Source: Gemmatimonadota bacterium (lineage in GTDB: Bacteria; Gemmatimonadota; Gemmatimonadetes; Gemmatimonadales; GWC2-71-9). Taken from it: a stretch of 54,473 nucleotides of DNA. The notes below the pieces were generated by a model. It was given only the letters and a program-made list of their open reading frames with translations, was not told the origin of the DNA and searched no databases. Shown here piece after piece: positions 9,441-16,715 of this stretch; within the stretch, counting starts at the first letter, position 1; each line of letters begins with the position of its first letter. The stretch spans positions 1-54,473 of the forward strand of contig JBDHAB010000017.1 in NCBI GenBank assembly GCA_039588295.1. The letters are read 5' to 3'. Position numbers and translations under genes: made by a program.

Positions 9441-12400
9441 CGACGACTGAGCTATCACCCGCGACGGCAGCGCCGTCGGTCGAGCCGCCACTCTCGAAGC
9501 AGGCCGAGCAGGTGAGCGCAGCAATCCAACGCGAGATTGCTGACCTCGACACCGCCATCGGCACGACCGTGCTCGATCCCCTGCGTGCGGCCCTGCGATC
9601 AGCCGCGGACGCCCACCGGGATCTGACGACGGCGATGGCCGCCATCGCGACGCGAGAATTGCCGCACGCAGAGCACTGGCGCGCCATCTACGACTACCGC
9701 CGGCAGGTTGCCGATCGCGTGTTGGCGCCGCTCGCAACCCACCTCGACACCCGCGCGCCAGGTGAGCGGCTCATTGCCATGATCGCCAACCGCGTCGCCT
9801 CCTTCGCTCAAGCTGCCGACCAGGTAGCGCCGGAAGAGACGGTACCCGAGCACGCCGGGCTGTACGCGTCGGAGCCGGGCGATTCGGTCGTGCAACGGGT
9901 GCGCAAAGCGCTCCGACGTGCGGGGCGTGGAGTGACCCGCGTCGGGCGCACCGCGACCAACAGTGTCGGCGGCGTGTTCGGACGGGCCCCGCGGGAGAAG
10001 CCCGTGCGCGACCGCACGGTTCCGCTGCGTGCGCTCACCGACCACCACACGCAGGTGCGCCTCGTCAAGGCGCTCGCTCCGCGGCTGGAGGCGCAGCTGC
10101 AACAGATCGCTCATATTCTCGGTCCGCTCGAGGCCGCCGTCGCGACGTGGGCCAACGCGGTATCCCGGGCCGAGCACGACGCGGACTTACTCGAGGTGCA
10201 CCAACCGGGATGGTTGAAGTTCGCAACGCCCGCTACTGGTGGTGATGCCGCCGCACCGCCGCCGCTGGGCAACTTGTCTGACGTGCGCGCCACCGCCGAT
10301 ACGTTGCAGGAAGCGCTGGATGTGGCCGCCGCGCACGAGCGCGTGGGCCCGTTGCTCACCGACGAGCTGACGAACGAGCTTACCGCCGCGTACCGATGGG
10401 ATCTCGAACGGGGGGGCACGTTCCTCGTCACTCCCTCCGCCCGCCGCGTGCCGCCTTCCCATAGGTCGCCCGCGGCGAAGATGCGCGCGCGGGCTGCCGA
10501 CTGGGTTACGTGGCACACGGAGCTGCAAAACCGATTCGCACTCACCGTGCAGCTTATCGAGCTCCGAGAGCGTCTTCTGGGCCTTGAAGAGCAGGCCCTC
10601 GATCGGATCGCAAGCGCAACGATCAGACCGGTCACTGATTCGTTCGCGTCCCTTGCGCAGGGGTTTCGTGCGATGGGCGATGACACGGAACAGGTGTGCC
10701 GCGATGCGTCACCCCACAGCCTCGCGCACACCGCAGGGCAACTCAGGGAGATCCAGAGCAAGGCGCTCGCGAAGGTAGACGCGGCCTTAAAGAAGCTCCC
10801 CGGAACCGTCGTGTCACGCGACGTGCTCGATGCGCCGGGACAGACGGAGTGGGACCAGCTCGTCGAAGTCATGGCCGGCCTGCCCGACCGCGTCTCCGTA
10901 CACCTCTGGAAAGTCGACCCGGATCAAGTGGTCGACCCGCGCGCCGATGTGTTTGCCATCGATCTCAGAGAGATCGCGGAAGACGCGCTCGCCCCGCCGT
11001 GGCCGGAGCAGTTCAAGAAGCGTGCGGAGCCTTTGCAGGTCCGTATCGCTCAGGTCTGGAGCGATGCGGAGCGGGTGCGCGACATCATCGAGTACAACTT
11101 GAGTTCCGCGGCGGATGAGCTCGAAACCGTGGCCGCATCGAAGCCCGACGGCGAGAAAGCCCGCGCTTCCGTCGCTACGGCACTGGAGCTGGCACCGGAC
11201 GGCGTCCGCCGGGCCGCGGACACGTTGGACGAGCTCACGGCATCCCTCGCAGAGCCGTGGGGCGATCTCGCCAGCCGCGCATTCGAGGCGGTCCGCGAGG
11301 ACTGGGAAGACCTCCTGCGACGCGTTCGCGCCGAACAGACCATCGAAGGGCTCTGGGTGCGCGTGCATACTCGGGCTGCGCGACAGCTGGAACGCGCACG
11401 CTGGCGGGCCGGTACCTGGGCCGGCCGAGCCGGAACGCGCGTCCTCTCGCTGGCCGGGCAGGCGCAACGGCTGGCACTCCGGCTCGTGCGCCGTGGGCAG
11501 ACGGCGGTGGGCGTCGCCGCCGTCGAGGAGGCCGATGCCTTCCACGCGCTCGACGCCATTATCGGTGTATCCGAGTTGACGGAGAACCGCCCCCTGGTCT
11601 ATCGCAAGCTGTTCTCCTTCGCGCCCGTCACCGACCCGTCATTGCTCGAGGGGCGCGCGCGCAATCTCGTGTCAGCGCGCAACCACTACAAGGCGTGGCG
11701 CGAGGGTGACAGCCCGGGCGTCATGATCCTGACGGCCCCGCTGGGAAGCGGACGGACCAGTTTCTTGAATGTGCTCGAACGCAAGGTGTTCGACGACTGC
11801 CGACTGTCCAAGGTCGTGCTCGACGATCGCATCACTGACGAGGCGTCCGCCGCGGCGCTCTTGGCAGACGCCCTCGGCATCGAGGGTGAGCCGCGTAGCT
11901 CACTCGAGGCGCTGGAAACACACCTCGTCCACGCCGATCGGTCCGACCCACCCATCGTGTGTGCGATCGACAACCTGGAGCTCCTGATGCTCCAAAGCCA
12001 CCGTGGCACGGAGCTCCTGCAGCGCGTTCTCATCTTCCTTTCGCGCACCGATTCGACGGTCTACTGGATCACGACCATCGGCCGTCAGGCGTGGCATTAC
12101 CTCACCAAGACGGCGGCGGCGGCCGCACAGCTCGTGACCGCGGCTCCGTTGGATCGTCTGGGACGGGACGTCCTCGAGGACATCATCAGCAACCGCCACG
12201 GGCGAACTGGGCTGCCGATCATGTTCGCACCCCCGTCCGGCATGACGCCGGTCATGCGTCACAAGCTCCGGCGCGCCCGGTCCGCGTCGAAAAAGCAGGC
12301 GATCCTTCGAGAGTGGTACTTCGACAGCCTCCACCGGCATAGCGGGGAGGATGTCATGCTGGCGCTCTTCTATTGGCTTCGCTCGACCGATTTCGCCGGG

Positions 12401-12739
12401 TCCGACGACACGCTCACGATCGCACCCATCGAGCCACTGAGCTTCCGCTTCCTCAGGACCTTCGAGTTGCAGCGGACGTTCACCCTGAAGGCATTCGTCG
12501 TGCACAACTCGCTCACGCCGGAGGAACATGCCACGATCTTCCGAATGACGACCGAGCAGAGCACGGTGTTGCTCGAATCGCTCCTCACGCTCCGGCTAAT
12601 CGAGCCGATGCCATCCGACAGTCAGCCCATCGACACGAGTGCCCGCCAGCCCGTCACGCCGGGCCGGCGCTACCGGCTGCGGAGGCTCATCCTGCACCCG
12701 GTGCTGGAGCACCTCAAGGGCCGGAACCTGGTCGCGTGA
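9437..12739 (+). CDS. Large helical protein with C-terminal P-loop AAA+/STAND-like NTPase and putative winged-helix domain
   Basis: About 700 aa of helical N-terminus; LLEGR pre-P-loop; Walker A-like APLGSGRTS; Walker B-like CAIDNLE; ATGA overlap with the mscS stop. Confidence 0.8.
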   Translation: MTTTELSPATAAPSVEPPLSKQAEQVSAAIQREIADLDTAIGTTVLDPLRAALRSAADAHRDLTTAMAAIATRELPHAEHWRAIYDYRRQVADRVLAPLATHLDTRAPGERLIAMIANRVASFAQAADQVAPEETVPEHAGLYASEPGDSVVQRVRKALRRAGRGVTRVGRTATNSVGGVFGRAPREKPVRDRTVPLRALTDHHTQVRLVKALAPRLEAQLQQIAHILGPLEAAVATWANAVSRAEHDADLLEVHQPGWLKFATPATGGDAAAPPPLGNLSDVRATADTLQEALDVAAAHERVGPLLTDELTNELTAAYRWDLERGGTFLVTPSARRVPPSHRSPAAKMRARAADWVTWHTELQNRFALTVQLIELRERLLGLEEQALDRIASATIRPVTDSFASLAQGFRAMGDDTEQVCRDASPHSLAHTAGQLREIQSKALAKVDAALKKLPGTVVSRDVLDAPGQTEWDQLVEVMAGLPDRVSVHLWKVDPDQVVDPRADVFAIDLREIAEDALAPPWPEQFKKRAEPLQVRIAQVWSDAERVRDIIEYNLSSAADELETVAASKPDGEKARASVATALELAPDGVRRAADTLDELTASLAEPWGDLASRAFEAVREDWEDLLRRVRAEQTIEGLWVRVHTRAARQLERARWRAGTWAGRAGTRVLSLAGQAQRLALRLVRRGQTAVGVAAVEEADAFHALDAIIGVSELTENRPLVYRKLFSFAPVTDPSLLEGRARNLVSARNHYKAWREGDSPGVMILTAPLGSGRTSFLNVLERKVFDDCRLSKVVLDDRITDEASAAALLADALGIEGEPRSSLEALETHLVHADRSDPPIVCAIDNLELLMLQSHRGTELLQRVLIFLSRTDSTVYWITTIGRQAWHYLTKTAAAAAQLVTAAPLDRLGRDVLEDIISNRHGRTGLPIMFAPPSGMTPVMRHKLRRARSASKKQAILREWYFDSLHRHSGEDVMLALFYWLRSTDFAGSDDTLTIAPIEPLSFRFLRTFELQRTFTLKAFVVHNSLTPEEHATIFRMTTEQSTVLLESLLTLRLIEPMPSDSQPIDTSARQPVTPGRRYRLRRLILHPVLEHLKGRNLVA

Positions 12740-12896
12740 GCATCGCCGCCCAGGGAATCGGAGCATCCTTGGTTGCCTGGCGTCGTGTTACATACTCGGG
12801 ACGGCCGCTGCTGTTCTGCCTCTCTTGCGGCGGGACGTGACAGACGCTAAGTCCTATCGTCATCTTCCCACTTCCTTCCCCACAAGGAGGCTGTGG

Positions 12897-14006
12897 ATGC
12901 GATCCCTCCGCCGCTCCACATGGACCCTCGTCGTCGTCCTCGTAGTCGGGCTGTTCTGGTCTGCGTGTTCTGACCAACGGTCCGACCTCGCAGCACCAGA
13001 CGAGCAGCTCGACGCCCCGCTGATTTCGGTTGTCAGCCCGCAAGCCCTGGCGCCGGTCATCCTAGTCCAGGAGCGCCACACCAGACAACTCCTGGACGTC
13101 CCCGGCGTCGTCGGCACCGCAGTGGGCGTCACGAGCGACGGCCGACCCGCCGTGAAGATCCTCGCAACGGAGGCCGTCGGTGCAGTGCCCGACGAGTTGG
13201 ACGGCTTCCCGGTGGAAGTGATGATCACAGGCAAGTTCTTCGCGTTGCCGGCGCAGGCCGACCCTCGAGCGAAGCCCACCTGCGGCAAGCGCGGCCTTCC
13301 GCCTTGTCCGAATCCGACCATGCGGCTACCCCGCCCCGTGCCGATCGGTGTCTCCACCGGACATCCGGCCATCACGGCGGGCACCCTCGGGGCGAGGGTG
13401 AAGGATGCGGCAGGTAACCTCTTTGCCCTGAGCAACAATCACGTGTATGCCGACGAAAACCAGGCCAATACCGGTGACGCCGTCATCCAGCCCGGCACGT
13501 TCGACGGAGGCATGAGCCCGGCGGACGACATCGGCACACTCGCCGATTTTGAGCCCATAGATTTCACACCATGCCCCATCGGCAACAACACCATCGACGC
13601 GGCAATCGCGGCCACCACTGCTGCCCTGGTCGGCAACTCCACGCTCAGCGAAGGGTACGGCACGCCGCAGTCCCAAACGATGACCGCAGCCGTCAACATG
13701 AAAGTGAAGAAGTACGGAAGGACGACCAGGCAGACGACGGGTACGGTCTCCGCAATCAACGCGACCGTCAACGTTGGCTACTCCACTGGCGTTGCCTGCT
13801 TCACAGGTCAAATCGTCATCACTCCCGGTAGTTTCAGCGCCGGTGGAGACTCCGGCTCGCTGATCGTCGTGGATGCAAAGGGCAGGAACAAGAACGACAA
13901 CCGCAAGCCGATCGGGCTTCTGTTTGCCGGATCTTCAACGCAAACGATCGCCAATCCGATCGATGCCGTGCTCACCCGGTTCGTGGTCACGATCGACGGG
14001 AACTGA
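12897..14006 (+). CDS. Trypsin-like (S1, Nal1-like) serine protease, lipoprotein
   Basis: Catalytic triad motifs LSNNHV, IDAAIA and GGDSGS; KYGRTT; lipobox FWSAC; AAGGAGG RBS before ATG 12897. Confidence 0.88.
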   Translation: MRSLRRSTWTLVVVLVVGLFWSACSDQRSDLAAPDEQLDAPLISVVSPQALAPVILVQERHTRQLLDVPGVVGTAVGVTSDGRPAVKILATEAVGAVPDELDGFPVEVMITGKFFALPAQADPRAKPTCGKRGLPPCPNPTMRLPRPVPIGVSTGHPAITAGTLGARVKDAAGNLFALSNNHVYADENQANTGDAVIQPGTFDGGMSPADDIGTLADFEPIDFTPCPIGNNTIDAAIAATTAALVGNSTLSEGYGTPQSQTMTAAVNMKVKKYGRTTRQTTGTVSAINATVNVGYSTGVACFTGQIVITPGSFSAGGDSGSLIVVDAKGRNKNDNRKPIGLLFAGSSTQTIANPIDAVLTRFVVTIDGN

Positions 14007-14039
14007 GCCGAACGATCCGCGCGAGCCCTGAGGGTGTAT

Positions 14040-14071
14040 GACTGGGGGAGTGGCGCTGCCGCCCCCCAGTC
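14040..14071. terminator. GC-rich hairpin between the protease gene and the downstream small gene
   Basis: GACTGGGGG-A-GTGGC-GCT-GCCGC-CCCCCAGTC; no U-tract. Confidence 0.45.
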
Positions 14072-14088
14072 CTCTCGGGAGAATATGA

Positions 14089-14442
14089 ATGGCGGCTCCG
14101 GCAAGAGGGTGGCTGATCGCGATCTGCCTTGTCGGATCGTTCTGGTGCGCGGCCGCGTGCGCGCGGACCGGCAGGAGCAGTGAACGATCCGAGGGTCAGG
14201 GGGAGACCGGTATGGCCGACACGTCGATCATGGCTGCGCAGAAAGCCCTCACCGACAGCGTCATGTCCAAGCCAGGGGTGGTGGGAACGGCGATCGGGCT
14301 TTGTGACGAGGCTCCATGTATCAAGGTCTATATCGCTCGGAGAGACGAGGAGCTTCTGAAGCAGATTCCCGATACCTTCATGGGCTTCAAAGTCGATGTC
14401 GAAGTGACAGGAGAGTTCCGGGCGCGCGACACCACACCCTAG
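14089..14442 (+). CDS. Small exported protein homologous to the N-terminal domain of the upstream protease
   Basis: PGVVGTAIG...IPDTFMGFKVDVEVTGEFRA aligns with protease PGVVGTAVG...VPDELDGFPVEVMITGKFFA; hydrophobic signal ending AAAC. Confidence 0.8.
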   Translation: MAAPARGWLIAICLVGSFWCAAACARTGRSSERSEGQGETGMADTSIMAAQKALTDSVMSKPGVVGTAIGLCDEAPCIKVYIARRDEELLKQIPDTFMGFKVDVEVTGEFRARDTTP

Positions 14443-14474
14443 CTACCGAGTTGCACGCCGAACGGCACGACTGC

Positions 14475-14511
14475 AAAAGGGGCCGCACCGATTCCTCGAT
14501 GCGACCCCTTT
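14475..14511 (-). terminator. Rho-independent terminator of cspA (possibly bidirectional)
   Basis: Minus strand AAAGGGGTCGCATCGA-GGAA-TCGGTGCGGCCCCTTTT. Confidence 0.75.
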
Positions 14512-14539
14512 CCATCGCCTGCAGTGCTGCCAGGTGCGA

Positions 14540-14752
14540 CTAGCCGATCTTGGAGACGTTCTCCGCGGCCGGGCCCTTCTGGCCCTGCACCATGTCGAAC
14601 TCCACGGCATCGCCTTCTCCGAGCGTCTTGAAGCCCGTCGCCTGGATCGCCGAGTGGTGGACGAAGCAGTCCTTTTCGCCATTGTCGGGCGTGATGAAGC
14701 CAAAGCCCTTCTGGTCGTTGAACCACTTTACCTTGCCAGTGATGTGTGACAT
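14540..14752 (-). CDS. cspA: Cold-shock protein
   Basis: [15 protein letters not shown] (RNP1), FVHHSAI (RNP2) and QKGPAAENV; 70 aa; GAGGAG RBS. Confidence 0.97.
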   Translation of the reverse strand: MSHITGKVKWFNDQKGFGFITPDNGEKDCFVHHSAIQATGFKTLGEGDAVEFDMVQGQKGPAAENVSKIG

Positions 14753-15033
14753 ACCTGCTCCTCTGTGTTCGATGCGCGTCGGAGTCCGGAGTGTCCGCAC
14801 TGGCCGATCGTCCATCGTATTGTCCGCGGATGTGTCCCCGCGGCGGGGTGCCGCTTCGTGCGGCGTGCTACCAAGAAAAAGGAGAACCGCGTCAGTTGCC
14901 GGTTCCCCTGCAATTCCGTTGCGTGTGTACTGTGGCGCTTCGGTAAAGCTTCTTTGCTCGTCCATAAGATAGTCGAACCGGTCCGGAAAGGGAATGAGCC
15001 GCGCTTGGTGCGTCGCGGCACCGGTCAGCGCAT

Positions 15034-15062
15034 TTGACAGGGTGGCGGCGACCGACTATGTT
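15034..15062 (+). promoter_or_regulatory. Sigma70-type promoter
   Basis: TTGACA (15034-15039), 17-bp spacer, TATGTT (15057-15062). Confidence 0.75.
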
Positions 15063-15067
15063 TCGTA

Positions 15068-15151
15068 TGCGGGTGAGGTAGCGTTTCGCCCGATGGACAC
15101 CGATCCGAAAGCGGGAATGCGCCGCAGCGCTGATCCCGCTTCTTTTTTTTT
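15068..15151 (+). ncRNA. Candidate ~85-nt small RNA or attenuator leader
   Basis: Starts just after the promoter; 5' hairpin CGGGTGAG/TTCGCCCG; ends in an intrinsic terminator. Matches no RNA family I recognise. Confidence 0.5.
15109..15151 (+). terminator. Rho-independent terminator
   Basis: AAGCGGGA...TCCCGCTT stem with inner GCGC/GCGC, followed by C and a run of 9 T. Confidence 0.85.
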
Positions 15152-15226
15152 GCGAGGCTCGTGCTGCGCGCCTCGACGCCCTCCGAAGGGGACGGTTATC
15201 GAGCCGACACACGCTAAGGAGCCCAC

Positions 15227-15313
15227 TTGCCCCTGATGCCTCATGGTCGCACCGGCGGTACCGAGACCACAGCGGCCGCCCTCCCCAGGTTCGTCGCGCG
15301 GACGACCACGTGA
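15227..15313 (+). CDS. Putative 28-aa leader peptide
   Basis: TAAGGAG RBS, TTG 15227 (ATG 15236 in frame); its TGA overlaps the GTG start of the next ORF (GTGA). Confidence 0.3.
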   Translation: MPLMPHGRTGGTETTAAALPRFVARTTT

Positions 15314-15699
15314 GGGTCGCCCTCCCCGACGAGTACCAAGATGGCGTTTCGGCGGGCTCGCTGGTCAAGGCGCGACGCTGCTGGCTCGATCTGGTGGCCG
15401 CCGATGTACTGCCGCTCCCGCAGCGGTTCACGTTCGTCTTCCGGTCCCCGACCCAGCGGATGGCCCTCGGCCTGATGGACTTCCTGCGGTACACCGACTA
15501 CGCGGGATTCGTGCGTCCGACCGACCGCGTCGGGGCTCCCGAGGGGAACCCCTGGCAGGTGGCGGGAACCACCCACGCAACGGTCTGGTCCCTGCCGAGC
15601 CTGGAGCACCTGTTCATGCGCCTGCGGAGGGCGGGCTCGCGTTATGAGTCCGCGCTCGTGACCTTGGACCTCCTGCCGATGTCGCGATGCCTCCGATGA
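15310..15699 (+). CDS. Hypothetical protein, possibly RraB-like fold
   Basis: 129 aa; stop overlaps the next ATG (ATGA); pattern P..FTFVF......A..L..FL....Y...W.V...SL..L loosely resembles RraB-like domains. Confidence 0.6.
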   Translation: MRVALPDEYQDGVSAGSLVKARRCWLDLVAADVLPLPQRFTFVFRSPTQRMALGLMDFLRYTDYAGFVRPTDRVGAPEGNPWQVAGTTHATVWSLPSLEHLFMRLRRAGSRYESALVTLDLLPMSRCLR

Positions 15700-15926
15700 G
15701 CTCCCTCACCTATCACGGATGGACGATCACGCCCCGCACGTTCCAGATCCGCGGCAGCAGGCAATGGACCCTGGATCTCGTGATCGCGTACCGCACGAAG
15801 CGGCGCGCGTTCAGCGGACCGAAGACGTTCCGGACCGAGCAGGCGGCCATTCGCGGGTGCCACGCGTTCGGACGTCGCATCGTCGACGGCCTCGTGCCGT
15901 ACTGTTCCCTGGAGGACATGCAATGA
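15696..15926 (+). CDS. Small hypothetical protein (paralog of 16333-16572)
   Basis: YHGWTITP...WTL...TF.TEQAA...C..FGRRIVDG shared with the paralog; ATGA overlaps at both ends. Confidence 0.8.
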   Translation: MSSLTYHGWTITPRTFQIRGSRQWTLDLVIAYRTKRRAFSGPKTFRTEQAAIRGCHAFGRRIVDGLVPYCSLEDMQ

Positions 15927-16180
15927 GCCGACCTCTCGTCGAGCAGCGGCGGCTGCAGTACCGCGGCCGCGAGTTTCATTTCGTATCGTACGACGGCCGA
16001 CCGGCCAACGCGAAGCGGGCGGAACCGGCCACGACGCCCGCGTGGTGGCTGATGAGCGCGGGCACGCGGTGGGAGGTCATGCCGTTCCACCCCGGCCGGG
16101 ATGCGGCGGAGCTCGATGGTGCGTTCACGGCGTGGCTCGACGCGCACGCGTTCGCTGCGCCGCGCCGGAGTGGAGGCTGA
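15923..16180 (+). CDS. Small hypothetical protein (85 aa)
   Basis: MSRPLVEQRRLQYRGREFHFVSYDG...AWWLMSAGTRWEVMP; ATGA-coupled to the previous gene; GC-rich third codon positions. Confidence 0.75.
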   Translation: MSRPLVEQRRLQYRGREFHFVSYDGRPANAKRAEPATTPAWWLMSAGTRWEVMPFHPGRDAAELDGAFTAWLDAHAFAAPRRSGG

Positions 16181-16182
16181 GG

Positions 16183-16355
16183 ATGGGCGAGACGCGGCCC
16201 ACTGTCGGCAGCGAAGCGTAAACGGGAAGCCGACAAGCGTCAGGCCAAAGCAGGAACGGCGCGCCAGGCGCGCGGAGGAGCGGGCTCAGGCCCGCGAGGC
16301 AGCGAAATCCGAGACAATGACCCGGGAGGACAATGAGCAGCCGCATCGAGTATAA
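16183..16355 (+). pseudogene. Small basic Arg/Lys-rich protein broken by two single-base insertions (or sequencing errors)
   Basis: GGAGG/GAGG RBS then ATG. Removing one G (ATGGGCG) and one A (GCCAAAGCAG) gives MARRGPLSAAKRKREADKRQAKQERRARRAEERAQAREAAKSETMTREDNEQPHRV. Confidence 0.5.
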
Positions 16356-16572
16356 CGGTTACGTGATCGAGCCCACCACCAAGCTCAAGGGCGAACCATA
16401 CGGCTGGACCCTCGAAGTGCGCATCACCCCCGCGGGCCGACGCACGGAGGTCCGGCGATGCCGCGCGCCCAACACCTACCCCAGCGAGGAAGTGGCCGTC
16501 GCGCGCTGCCTGGAGTTCGGCCGGCGGATCGTAGACGGGAAGCTGCAGCCAAAGGTCGATCGCACGACGTAG
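16333..16572 (+). CDS. Small hypothetical protein (paralog of 15696-15926)
   Basis: GGAGGA RBS; YNGYVIEP...WTL...TYPSEEVA...C..FGRRIVDG. Confidence 0.85.
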   Translation: MSSRIEYNGYVIEPTTKLKGEPYGWTLEVRITPAGRRTEVRRCRAPNTYPSEEVAVARCLEFGRRIVDGKLQPKVDRTT

Positions 16573-16715
16573 GCACCCGCGCGCGCGGTAGAACGAGGTG
16601 CGCGATGCCACCTCCGCCAGTCGCACAAGCACCACCACACCGGTGCCTCACCACCATACCAGCCACCTGTCGAGTCGTCACTGAGGGGTGGCAGACTTCG
16701 GTGTAGCGGAGTTGA

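Noticed and set aside
15310..16572. Prophage or integrative element remnant
   Set aside because: Small clustered ORFs suggested it, but there is no integrase, structural gene, att repeat or GC shift.
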